A stretch of DNA of 64,000 nucleotides from an uncultured virus (IMG/VR IMGVR_UViG_3300028392_000057) (Duplodnaviria > Heunggongvirae > Uroviricota > Caudoviricetes): the IMG/VR virus record IMGVR_UViG_3300028392_000057, one strand, 5' to 3'. Under the pieces are notes generated by a model. It was given only the letters and a program-made list of their open reading frames with translations, had not been told where the DNA came from and made no database searches. The translations under genes were made by a program, and so were the position numbers. The number at the start of each line of letters is the position of its first letter. Position 1 is the first letter of the stretch. Positions 34,685 through 44,333 of this stretch are shown one piece after another.

Positions 34685-36304
34685 TTAAATCATATCCCAG
34701 CAGTCACAATTACAACGAATAACTTCATCAATTGCTTCTGGGATAGTGTAGGTAGATGGTAACAAATTCTTAGATGTGTATAATACATTTAAATTTGCAG
34801 GTATGATATTTGTATAAGGAGAACCTGCAAATGATCCTAGTGCAGTAGCATTACCAACATCTACCGCAGAAGGCAACGCTGGCGTAGATCCACCACCAAC
34901 TTGTCCGGAACCTGTCCAGCCATTATTATTACCAACATTGACTGCGCCACCTGCTCCCAAATAAGCAGGGTTAGTAACATAGTAATTATTATTCTCTGGA
35001 TTATAAAAACCATATGGGTTGGTGGTAACTTCATTTCCAGTATTACAATCAACTTGACTTAATTTTGCAGGAGGTGAATTATTAATTGAGCCATTTGCTA
35101 ATAACGTTTTGTTTTCTACTACTGTAATTGAATCACTGATATTATTGTCTAATGAAATGCCAATTTGTGTCAATCTAGCTTGATTTCGTGATTCACGCAT
35201 CATACCCACTATACTTTGTCCACCGGGTAAGCATGTGTTAGCTATTGCTTCAATACTCTGTGCTTGCATATGTGGATCTGTATTCAATGCAAATTGTGGA
35301 ACTGAATCAGTAAATGCATATTGTGTAGTAGGAAATTGTGCTAAATCTGTAATTGGGGCAATTGTTGGTACTGGTACTGGTAAAGCAGTACTTAATGCAC
35401 GTTGTTCAATAGTTAATTGAGTTCCAGTAAGATTCCAATTAGTATTCATCTGTTCAGCTAATCTTTGTTTACTAGTTTGTATTGCTAATATTTCTGCATT
35501 GGCAGCGTCAATGTAACCTTGCACAACTGTATTCATTGTAGGCCATCCACCCCCGGGTGGAGGGTCTATTACTACCGTGCTTGCTATGCCAGAATAACTT
35601 ATTGATATTATTCTACCAAATGTAACTATATTGGTAGAATCGGTACCTATTGTAGCAATTGCAGGATTACCACCTACTGTTACAGTAGGTGCATTGGTAT
35701 ATCCTCCACCTCTATTTGTATAGGTGAATGAACTACCATTCCAAGTTGCAGTTGCACCCTCCCAAGTCACTGCCAAATATAATTGTTTGTATATGTTATA
35801 CAATACGGGTGTTTCCAATGCATTAATTAATCCAAGAATATCTATACCTATATAAGGTAGTCCAGTCATACACCCAAAGAAGTCACTCATGGTATACGTT
35901 CCATATGGCCCACTACCTAATGCTACCAATGGTAATGATCCACTTACTAATGTATTATCTACCGGAACACTAGTTCCATTTACTTGTAGACCATTAATGG
36001 TCTCAATATTAGTTACAACTTGTGCAAACTTTTCTATTGGGATAGAAGATATATTTTTAACTTGTTGCATTGATACACTAAATGCGCCGGCTGCTGTTGC
36101 TAAATTTGGTGGCAATATACCATCTAGATATGATCCAAATCCTATGGGAAATTGTTGTACATTTTTATTATTTGTGGGTACTGTTATAGTATCATCTATA
36201 ACTTTAGTTGTTCCACTAGTAGGAGGTGCATAGGCTGCACCAATAGAATCAATTGAATCTTCACGTTCTGATACTATTCTAAGATTTTGAGAAAGTATTG
36301 CCAT
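34685..36304 (-). CDS. Putative virion/baseplate-associated protein
   Basis: Downstream of PAAR in a coupled operon; S/T/N/G-rich. Confidence 0.5.
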   Translation of the reverse strand: MAILSQNLRIVSEREDSIDSIGAAYAPPTSGTTKVIDDTITVPTNNKNVQQFPIGFGSYLDGILPPNLATAAGAFSVSMQQVKNISSIPIEKFAQVVTNIETINGLQVNGTSVPVDNTLVSGSLPLVALGSGPYGTYTMSDFFGCMTGLPYIGIDILGLINALETPVLYNIYKQLYLAVTWEGATATWNGSSFTYTNRGGGYTNAPTVTVGGNPAIATIGTDSTNIVTFGRIISISYSGIASTVVIDPPPGGGWPTMNTVVQGYIDAANAEILAIQTSKQRLAEQMNTNWNLTGTQLTIEQRALSTALPVPVPTIAPITDLAQFPTTQYAFTDSVPQFALNTDPHMQAQSIEAIANTCLPGGQSIVGMMRESRNQARLTQIGISLDNNISDSITVVENKTLLANGSINNSPPAKLSQVDCNTGNEVTTNPYGFYNPENNNYYVTNPAYLGAGGAVNVGNNNGWTGSGQVGGGSTPALPSAVDVGNATALGSFAGSPYTNIIPANLNVLYTSKNLLPSTYTIPEAIDEVIRCNCDCWDMI

Positions 36305-37554
36305 TACATTGCACCTCCGCCACCACCACCACCGCCACCGCCGCCTCCATCTCCACCACCGCCATCTCCACCACCGGCATTTACATCAGCAATGGTTGTG
36401 GCAACTGCATTTTGTATAACAGCAGTTTCTGGTTGAGTTATTATAGATTCTGCTATAGGTGGTGTTCCGGTAGGTGTTTGTGTACCAATTTGATTTGATA
36501 CTAAAGGACTATTAAGATTACCATTGGTAGACCCGTTACTGTATATAGGATAATATGTCTTACTATTAGTAGGAGCCCTAGTTGTATTGTAAACAGGAAC
36601 AGTTAGTGTTTGATAACTATTAGGAAATAACTTTTTTGGATTTAACAAATCTGCTAACGATTCTACTCCACGTGTTTTACAATTCAATGTTACTAATACA
36701 TCATTAAGGCTATCGCCTACTATAAGATTAAATGCACCATATAGTCTACGTTGTTGTTCTTTTGTGGCAGAATTGATATTAGATAACAATTGACTTAATT
36801 CATCTAATTGTAGTCCAGATGCTAATATAGCTAAACTCACATCTTTTGTTATACAATTATATTGTTGTAATGTTGATAATAAATTAGATGGTAAACCAAA
36901 TGTTGATATCGTTGATAAGTTGATTGCTTTGCCACTGGTAATTAAATCACGACCAAATGCTGATGTTGCTAAACTTATTCCAGCAATATCAGCACTAATC
37001 AAATCATTCATATTACTATACGTGCCATCTAAAAAGTCTTGCGAATTTGTCATTGACATAATAGCTTTGTTAGAATTCTCAACAAAACTACTTGCCGCCA
37101 TAAAGGCTGACAGATAATCTTTATATTCTGGTAAGCCATTGTTATAATTAAATTCATTATAACCTTGAAGTGCAAACAATCTTACATAACCCCAACGTGT
37201 TACTTCATTGGTTTTAGTATAATCACTAGCCCAGTTGGGATAACCCGTCCAATTAAATGTAGGTGCTTTGCTATTACCTAATGCAGGTATGGTTGTAGAA
37301 CCAATTGTAATTAGATTATTGTATGTTGATGTGTTAACTTGTCCCCTACCATATGCATCATTGATAGCATATGTAAGTAATCGTAAACATGAATTATTAA
37401 CAATTATACCTAAGTTTGTAGCAGATGTTTTACTAGTACTAACACCGGTATATTCAACCATGATAGGGTTTATGTTAAACCCTTTATTTTGTAGTAATGA
37501 ACTTAGTGTATTAACACCAAGTGGGCTTTGTTTTCCTGAATCGCTCATGGACAA
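36304..37554 (-). CDS. Putative virion/baseplate-associated protein with C-terminal poly-Gly
   Basis: Overlaps the PAAR gene end. Confidence 0.5.
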   Translation of the reverse strand: MSMSDSGKQSPLGVNTLSSLLQNKGFNINPIMVEYTGVSTSKTSATNLGIIVNNSCLRLLTYAINDAYGRGQVNTSTYNNLITIGSTTIPALGNSKAPTFNWTGYPNWASDYTKTNEVTRWGYVRLFALQGYNEFNYNNGLPEYKDYLSAFMAASSFVENSNKAIMSMTNSQDFLDGTYSNMNDLISADIAGISLATSAFGRDLITSGKAINLSTISTFGLPSNLLSTLQQYNCITKDVSLAILASGLQLDELSQLLSNINSATKEQQRRLYGAFNLIVGDSLNDVLVTLNCKTRGVESLADLLNPKKLFPNSYQTLTVPVYNTTRAPTNSKTYYPIYSNGSTNGNLNSPLVSNQIGTQTPTGTPPIAESIITQPETAVIQNAVATTIADVNAGGGDGGGGDGGGGGGGGGGGGAM

Positions 37555-37829
37555 AATACATCAGGACTACCATCAACGATACTGTGACCGCAACTGTTTC
37601 CTGACCCTACTCTAAGTACCGCACTACCTTCAGCAAATACTGTTGGACTAGCACTTGTAGTTGTAGCGGCTTTGTGTGGTGGATGACCTTTTTTACTCCA
37701 AGGAGCATGCGGAGTAATTGTACTAACGTGTATACCAACTTGGATTCCATTGGCAAAGACAGTACCAGCACCTCTTACGATGGCGCCGCCCTCTTGATTC
37801 TTGTCACCTACACGACTTAGTTTTGCCAT
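37545..37829 (-). CDS. PAAR-domain spike tip protein (T4 gp5.4-like)
   Basis: LSRVGD...TVFANG...LRVGSGNSCGHSIVDGSPDVF. Confidence 0.85.
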   Translation of the reverse strand: MAKLSRVGDKNQEGGAIVRGAGTVFANGIQVGIHVSTITPHAPWSKKGHPPHKAATTTSASPTVFAEGSAVLRVGSGNSCGHSIVDGSPDVFCP

Positions 37830-37830
37830 T

Positions 37831-38136
37831 TTACCCCAATACGATTTTTTTACTAGGTATCTTAATACCAGTTGTTGCTTCTAAATATTTGTCTTTTATA
37901 CTGTCATCCGTTTCAGCATAAAGAGCAATACTACTAGTATTTAGCTTAAATTCACCCTTCGGATTTGCAGTGAATACACTAGGAATCATTTGCATACCTT
38001 GTTGTGTAGGGGCAATAGATACTGGCTCTTCAATTTTAATGAATTCACTACCTGCTTGAATCACTTTCGCTATCAGTTCTTCCCCTGAGTTAAGTTTAAA
38101 TGTATATACTGAGTTTGGTTGGATTGCTATTTGCAT
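37831..38136 (-). CDS. Conserved T4-like phage Sm-like protein
   Basis: FKLNSGEELIAKV...YLEATTGIKIP. Confidence 0.7.
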   Translation of the reverse strand: MQIAIQPNSVYTFKLNSGEELIAKVIQAGSEFIKIEEPVSIAPTQQGMQMIPSVFTANPKGEFKLNTSSIALYAETDDSIKDKYLEATTGIKIPSKKIVLG

Positions 38137-38366
38137 TAGATACTTTCTGTTAATTTTTGTTTTAATTCTGTAAATCCACCAATCAATTCATCATCTAAAA
38201 AGATTTGTGGTACTGTTCTGGCAGTTGGTACTGCTTCTAATAATTCTTCTTTAGTGTATCCGTCCCCAATTTTCTTTTCTTCAAACGGAATACCCTTTTG
38301 TGTTAGTAATGCCTTTGCTTGGTCGCAATAAGGACAATGGTAACGGGACCAAATAACTGCTTTCAT
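38136..38366 (-). CDS. nrdC: Glutaredoxin
   Basis: CPYC, TVPQIF and IGGF motifs. Confidence 0.9.
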   Translation of the reverse strand: MKAVIWSRYHCPYCDQAKALLTQKGIPFEEKKIGDGYTKEELLEAVPTARTVPQIFLDDELIGGFTELKQKLTESI

Positions 38367-38377
38367 TTTTATTCTCC

Positions 38378-39478
38378 TTATATATTAGGCAAGTCATCAT
38401 AGTTTAATGATTCACTCATTACACCTATAACATAATTTGTTGATTCGGTTTCTTGCAATGCAGATTGTTTTTTACTTGTATCACTATGTTTATTAAACCA
38501 AGGAATAGGTGTACTCTTTGGTGCAGGATTATTATATCGTATACCAATTTCTTTTAATGCACCCACAGCAGTATAATCAACAAAGTCTTTTAACACTGTT
38601 GCATTCAAGCCAATAACTGGACCCATCTTAAACAGATAGTCTGCCCACTCTTTTTCTTCACGAATAACATCCAAGTAGAGTTGATAAACTTCAGCTTCGC
38701 ACTCCAATTTAACTTGTGCAAAACGACTATCTTCTTTAACTACCTGATTAATAAGGTAAGCAGTCCAACCTTTATGAAGAAGTTCATCTTGGAGAATTAA
38801 ACTGATAATATTGCCATTACCAATAAAGATTTTGTTCTCAACCATTGCTAAACTAGTAGCAAAACTTACCATAAATCTAAATGCTTCTAATGCATAACTA
38901 GCATGTAGTGCCATATAAATTGCTTTGATATGTTCTTTTTCATTAATATTTTCACCCAACTCTTTACGACAATTTACTTTGTGCAATTCATCATAGTAAC
39001 GACCGACACTGCTTGCCATGTCTACAATCTCTTTTGTATCATGTATAGTATTGAATACATCTTTAGGTACATTGTAAATGTTACGAATGATGTGACTATA
39101 ACTACGACTGTGAATGTTAGTTTCAAAGAACGTCCAGTTGTAAACTAATGCTTCAAGTTCTGGTAATGATATGACAGGTGCAAACACTTGACTAGGGCCG
39201 CGCCCTTGTAAACTATCTAATGCTGTTTGACGTAATAGATTACTGGTAAAGATATGTTTAACTGCATCGCTTGAATCTTTGAAATCATTGGCATCTTTAG
39301 TAAGACTGACTTCTTCTGGAACCCAGAAGAAACCACGTGCGGTTGTTTCAAAGTCTACAATCTTTTTATATTTTACTTCTTCAAATCTTTGAATGGTTAC
39401 GGGACCTTCCGGGTCCAAAAACATTTTTCTATTCAAATAATCTGTCTTTGTGTGTAAGTTATATTGTTGTTTGCTCAT
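38378..39478 (-). CDS. nrdB: Ribonucleotide reductase class Ia beta subunit
   Basis: FFWVPEEV, LDSLQGR, ETNIHSRSY, DELLH. Confidence 0.97.
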   Translation of the reverse strand: MSKQQYNLHTKTDYLNRKMFLDPEGPVTIQRFEEVKYKKIVDFETTARGFFWVPEEVSLTKDANDFKDSSDAVKHIFTSNLLRQTALDSLQGRGPSQVFAPVISLPELEALVYNWTFFETNIHSRSYSHIIRNIYNVPKDVFNTIHDTKEIVDMASSVGRYYDELHKVNCRKELGENINEKEHIKAIYMALHASYALEAFRFMVSFATSLAMVENKIFIGNGNIISLILQDELLHKGWTAYLINQVVKEDSRFAQVKLECEAEVYQLYLDVIREEKEWADYLFKMGPVIGLNATVLKDFVDYTAVGALKEIGIRYNNPAPKSTPIPWFNKHSDTSKKQSALQETESTNYVIGVMSESLNYDDLPNI

Positions 39479-40551
39479 TGAAACGGTTTCCTTGGAATAA
39501 TCATAATATGTGGGAGACTTTCATCTTCTTTGTGTTTATGGCTCGGTGTGCCATGAACCATTTTACCATGTGCATTCATATCAGGCGACCCTAATGCTTT
39601 GGCATAGTCAACTTTACCCCTGAAGCAACCGATGCTATATGGAAATTCATTGTTCAAGTGATAGTGATAGATGTTTTTCATTTTGCCATCCCATAGTACT
39701 GGATGAGTATGTCCGTGACATTCATCTAGTTGCTCATTGGTAACCATTTTACCATCATCGCCTCTAGGGCCATAGATGCCAAAGCCATCAAATGCATAAC
39801 CAAACAATGGTGAATGTCCTTCTGTTCCTTGATTAGGGAAACACTTCCATGAATAACCATGCAAGTGATATTGTTGAGCATAAGGATGTCCCCAGCATTG
39901 GTCAATTGGTAATAATGAAGTTGGATTATACCATGCAGTGCCACTGGCATTTGCTAATTCAAAATGCCACACAGTACCGGTTAGTGTTACACCAATTGGC
40001 AATGAAGCAATTGGATTTGGAGTAGCACTAGGTTTTGGATGTTTTGGTAGTTGAACAACTAGTCTATAAGGACTAATGCCAATTGCCGCGGCGCTTGAGT
40101 AGTCTGATCCAGGAATGCCTGTTCTAAAATCATGTCCACCGGGTGCAACACTGTAATACTTGTATGCTTCAGTTCCTTGTTGTACCGGATACTCTCCCAT
40201 TACAGTTGATGGTAATCCATTACCTTTAAAATAACGGTACTTTTTATCACTAGTTATAGTGAATACACTTCCTTCTTTTGCATAATCTTTAGCATACTTG
40301 GTACCACTAACGTATGGCATCTTTGAAATAACAATTGTGTTATTTGAAGAATCTACCCACGGTTGTGTGCTTATGTCAAGCTTAGTGTTTCCTGGAATTA
40401 CAAGAAGTAAATCTGGTGCTAAGAATATTCCACCACGCTCGGCCTTATAAGGGCTTATAGTTCCTGAGTTTGATAATGTGGTTGGTGCATCTTCTGCCTT
40501 AGCTACTAATGCTATACTAATCAATAATCCTATTAATATATTTTTAATCAT
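39475..40551 (-). CDS. Secreted YHYH-domain protein
   Basis: Signal peptide; DQCWGHP, YHLH, GYAFDGFGIYGP, LDECHGH, YHYH. Confidence 0.85.
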   Translation of the reverse strand: MIKNILIGLLISIALVAKAEDAPTTLSNSGTISPYKAERGGIFLAPDLLLVIPGNTKLDISTQPWVDSSNNTIVISKMPYVSGTKYAKDYAKEGSVFTITSDKKYRYFKGNGLPSTVMGEYPVQQGTEAYKYYSVAPGGHDFRTGIPGSDYSSAAAIGISPYRLVVQLPKHPKPSATPNPIASLPIGVTLTGTVWHFELANASGTAWYNPTSLLPIDQCWGHPYAQQYHLHGYSWKCFPNQGTEGHSPLFGYAFDGFGIYGPRGDDGKMVTNEQLDECHGHTHPVLWDGKMKNIYHYHLNNEFPYSIGCFRGKVDYAKALGSPDMNAHGKMVHGTPSHKHKEDESLPHIMIIPRKPFQ

Positions 40552-40560
40552 TTTTTTCCT

Positions 40561-41577
40561 TTATAATTTACAAGCTTCGCAATCTTCTTCATCCATATCA
40601 TTAAAGCCACTTGGCAAATCTAATACAGTTTCATCTTGGCTCTTACTACCTGCTTTGTTAATCAAGCTATAGTAGAATGTCTTTAGTCCCCAATAATGAG
40701 CTTGCATTAAGTTCTTAGCAATCAATGTTGTTGGAACTTTACGTTCAGGGAAATGTGCAGGGTTATAGAATGTGTTAGTACTTATACTTTGGTCAACATA
40801 GGCTGCAATCACTGCCGCTGTTTTTAAGTAACCATCACAATCTTTTTGATCCCACATCAATTGATATTTGTTTTTCAACTTATGATATTCGGGAACAACT
40901 TGTACAAAACTTCCTGCCTTGCTTTCTTTAACACTTATCAAACTCATTGGCAACTCAATACCATTGGTACTGTTAATTACCACTGAACTAGATTCTACAG
41001 GAGCAACGGCCATTTGTGTAGCATTACGGACACCATAACTACGCATCATAGCACGTAGTCCTTCCCAATTAAGTTCTGGATCAAAGTTAGTTAATTCGTT
41101 TACACCTTTAGCACGTAGTTCCCAGGGAAAGATGCCTTGCCCATAACGTGTTTTATCGCTATGTTCACAACGACCACGCTCTTGTGCTAGTTCCACACTT
41201 GCTTCAGTTAAATAGAAGGATAAGTGTTCCATCCACGTCTTGACTTCAGCCAATGCGTCTTTTTCTCCGTACTTGAGACTTCGCTTGGCGTGCCAGTAGG
41301 CAAGATTAGTGATTCCAATTCCAAGAGGTCTGATTTCATCGTTTGATAGTTTAGATTGAATGGATAGAAAGTCTTGATAGTCAAGAATGTTATTGAGGCT
41401 ACGATGCAATATGCGGCAAGCACGGCGCATGTCTTCTGGGTTACGGAACGCACCCCAATTTATTGACCCGAGAGTACAGAGGGCCACCCTCCCCTCAACT
41501 TCGTCAACCTCATAATAATCATATTCGTCATCTAATTCTTCAGGTAGATATTCTATTTCTTCGTATAGTTTGTTCAT
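40561..41577 (-). CDS. nrdA: Ribonucleotide reductase alpha subunit, C-terminal fragment
   Basis: EGRVALCTLGSINW, GLKTFYY, terminal CEACKL; novel acidic N-terminal head. Confidence 0.95.
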   Translation of the reverse strand: MNKLYEEIEYLPEELDDEYDYYEVDEVEGRVALCTLGSINWGAFRNPEDMRRACRILHRSLNNILDYQDFLSIQSKLSNDEIRPLGIGITNLAYWHAKRSLKYGEKDALAEVKTWMEHLSFYLTEASVELAQERGRCEHSDKTRYGQGIFPWELRAKGVNELTNFDPELNWEGLRAMMRSYGVRNATQMAVAPVESSSVVINSTNGIELPMSLISVKESKAGSFVQVVPEYHKLKNKYQLMWDQKDCDGYLKTAAVIAAYVDQSISTNTFYNPAHFPERKVPTTLIAKNLMQAHYWGLKTFYYSLINKAGSKSQDETVLDLPSGFNDMDEEDCEACKL

Positions 41578-42329
41578 AATGTTCTGCCTTTTTTGTATGT
41601 CATGTTCTCTTTCAGGAACTTTTCTAAATCTTTTTCATTAAGTTTAATATTTTTAATGCCGTTTGTTGCCCAGCGATGTCTTGAGGTTGCTGATGATAAT
41701 TGTTTGCGATGGTCTTCGCTTCTATAGTAAGGATCATACTTAACTAGCACATCTAACTTTTTGTTTACTTCTTCTACTAGTTGTTTAAATCCATTGTCAA
41801 TCCTATTTTTTAAAATCATTTGACTAACACCTAACTTTTCCTTAAGGACTGCTTCAATTTCTTTTCTAAGCAAGTAACCTCCTTGCTTATTGTTTTCTAT
41901 ACAAAACTGATACACTACATCTATTAGCATCTCTTTGGTAATACTGGGTTTAGCATTACTATTATTCATTCCGGTTGAATTAAACGACTTTAACTTACGG
42001 TGCTCTATCATCTTTTCTTCTGTATATTTTTCAAGGGTATTTCCACCATCTCCGCCCCGAGTCATATTGTATCCGTTTTTGAAGGTATCTAACTTTTCAA
42101 CGAATGTTTCTTCTAACTTTTTGGCTTCATCTTTGGTGTATACTTCTGCTAACACATCTGAAACGATGTTCTCATATCCATACTTATTGATAGCACGATG
42201 GAAATGTCTATCACTTCCTTCTAATGCTTCGCCGATATGATCCTGTAATCGTTCTTCCATTGTTTTACCTGTATATCCTATGTATTTCTTGCCATTTAAT
42301 GTGTGACAATAGACAATATATTTCTTCAT
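41574..42329 (-). mobile_element. GIY-YIG homing endonuclease gene inserted in nrdA
   Basis: YIVYCH...KYIGYT, RLQDH, NGYNMTRGGDGG. Confidence 0.9.
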
Positions 42330-42377
42330 AAAAATTATTTCCTCTAGTCTTATTTATGCTTGAAATACTATTACCTA

Positions 42378-43850
42378 CTATTTTATCTTCCTAATCTTAA
42401 CTATGTCTGTGGGTTTAGTTTTCATAAACTCATCAACATTGGACTTTTTAACCCGAATCAATTTTCTAGTCGGATCGATCTTCTTAAAACTCTTTGTCGG
42501 CAAAAGTACCTCTAAGCAAAGGTTGGATTGATAAATTGTATGATATTCAGGATCAAATGGTCCTTGACTCATAACATTGTCAACGAACACTAAGTAGATA
42601 CGCCCTGTATCTGTTCGTTCTTTAAGAATGCCACTCTTGAATACTTCTTCAGCACTCATTGTTTTCTTTCTTAAGTCTTTACGTTTTTCATATTTAACAT
42701 ATAGTTCTTCAAATAATTCAGTATTACTATAGAATGCTTGATATAAGTCTGGCACTTCATTTGGATCAAAGAATGTTATTTGTTCTTTATTTTTAAATCT
42801 TCTCCAGAAGAATGCACTAAGAACAACCCCATAGTCCATGAACCTGACACGTGTTTCATCGGTTCCTTGATTGTTTTTAAGTACGATAAGGTCATCAAAC
42901 TGATGATGCCAAATGGGATAAAATACAGTAGCACTTGCATTACGAATACCTCCTTGACTGCAACTTCTTAAGTCTCCGAACCATTTCTTTAAGAATGGTA
43001 TCATGCCGGTGTGCATTATTTCGCCACCACGAATAGGACTACCCAATGAACGTAGTCTACCAATTTCTAAACCAATACCAGCACGTTTGCTGGCATACTT
43101 TGCCATCATTTCCCCGGATGCGAAAATACTGTCCAAATCATCATCCGAGCGAATAAGAACGCAACTACTAAATTGTTTAGTAGGCGTTCCCAAGCCGGCA
43201 AGTACGGGGGTTGCAAGTGTGAATAATCCGTCACTGGCTGCTGTATAGTATTCTTTAATGTATCGCATTCTTGCACTGTTTGGTTCTTCACTATGGAAGA
43301 CTGTTGCGGCTGCAACCATGTATCTAATTTGTGGCGTTTCATATATTTCTTTCGTACTACGATTCTTTACTAAGTATTTTTCAATCAATTGTTCAATGGC
43401 GGCATAACTATAACTTTCGTCTTTAGAATGATCCAACATGTCATTCATCTTGTTCCAATCTTCTTCATTATACCATGACAATAGTTCATCAGTATAAAGA
43501 CCGGTCTCTACATTCTTTTTAACTATTTCATAGAGATGCGGCACATTATAGCTACCATATACATCCTTCCTCAACATACTGACACGTTGTTTACCTGCTA
43601 CGTATTGATAGTTTGTATGACCTATATCAGTATTATTTTCTACATCAATCAAGTCAACGATAGCACGTAGTGTAATCTCATCAATTTCGGTAGTGGTGAT
43701 GCCATCATAGAAGTGTAGTTGTGATTTTATTTCTATCATTGAAGGGCTAACGTCTGCTATTCCCTTACATACTTTTGCTACTTGCGCTTGCCATTTTTCC
43801 AGAGTAAGCGGCTCTTTTATACCAGAGCGTTTGGTGACGTTAATTTTCAT
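42378..43850 (-). CDS. nrdA: Ribonucleotide reductase alpha subunit, N-terminal fragment
   Basis: ATP-cone VTKRSG, FSSCVL, SQGGIR, QSNLCLE; novel basic C-terminal tail. Confidence 0.95.
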   Translation of the reverse strand: MKINVTKRSGIKEPLTLEKWQAQVAKVCKGIADVSPSMIEIKSQLHFYDGITTTEIDEITLRAIVDLIDVENNTDIGHTNYQYVAGKQRVSMLRKDVYGSYNVPHLYEIVKKNVETGLYTDELLSWYNEEDWNKMNDMLDHSKDESYSYAAIEQLIEKYLVKNRSTKEIYETPQIRYMVAAATVFHSEEPNSARMRYIKEYYTAASDGLFTLATPVLAGLGTPTKQFSSCVLIRSDDDLDSIFASGEMMAKYASKRAGIGLEIGRLRSLGSPIRGGEIMHTGMIPFLKKWFGDLRSCSQGGIRNASATVFYPIWHHQFDDLIVLKNNQGTDETRVRFMDYGVVLSAFFWRRFKNKEQITFFDPNEVPDLYQAFYSNTELFEELYVKYEKRKDLRKKTMSAEEVFKSGILKERTDTGRIYLVFVDNVMSQGPFDPEYHTIYQSNLCLEVLLPTKSFKKIDPTRKLIRVKKSNVDEFMKTKPTDIVKIRKIK

Positions 43851-44293
43851 ATGTTGCCTATTTTTTTAATTATTATTTGTAAATCTAATTTTTGTACTAT
43901 TTTAAAATCTTTTAGTTTATTACTTATGACCGTATCAGGCCAGTAATTGAGCAGATATTTTGCGTTGTCGACCATGACTAATGCCACGTCTTCACTATTA
44001 TCGTCTTTTCCTAAGCAAAAGTCAATGTCTGTGATACCCAATAGTAATAGAGTATATATCATTCCCAAACCTCTAGCCAAATGACAATATTCGTTATCGT
44101 TAATTAATTCCCATGGACCGGGCCATGATTCAATTTCATGTGGATGTAGGTAATGTGTTACCAATGGTGCGTATTGCCACCACTTGTCTATTTCTACACA
44201 TTGGGTTTGTATATTAGAATTTTGGAGAGTTTGTCTTAAATTATACCAGTACTGGAGTCTGGTGTCATAGTTTAATTGAAATACGTTCATCAC
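43847..44293 (-). CDS. Conserved phage hypothetical protein
   Basis: WPGPWELI...ARGLGMIYTL; coupled to nrdA. Confidence 0.7.
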   Translation of the reverse strand: MMNVFQLNYDTRLQYWYNLRQTLQNSNIQTQCVEIDKWWQYAPLVTHYLHPHEIESWPGPWELINDNEYCHLARGLGMIYTLLLLGITDIDFCLGKDDNSEDVALVMVDNAKYLLNYWPDTVISNKLKDFKIVQKLDLQIIIKKIGNI

Positions 44294-44333
44294 ACTGTAC
44301 TTATCATTACAACAAGTACAGTATGAAATTGTA

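Noticed and set aside
36304..36380. Poly-Gly tract and TAATG junction as a programmed frameshift fusing two virion genes
   Set aside because: Ordinary stop-start coupling with a GGAGG RBS explains the junction, and no slippery site is evident.
41574..42480. Group I intron or intein in nrdA
   Set aside because: Only 48 nt of non-coding sequence flank the nuclease, and it overlaps the next start codon. No intron core and no intein terminal HN-C/S/T motif are visible.
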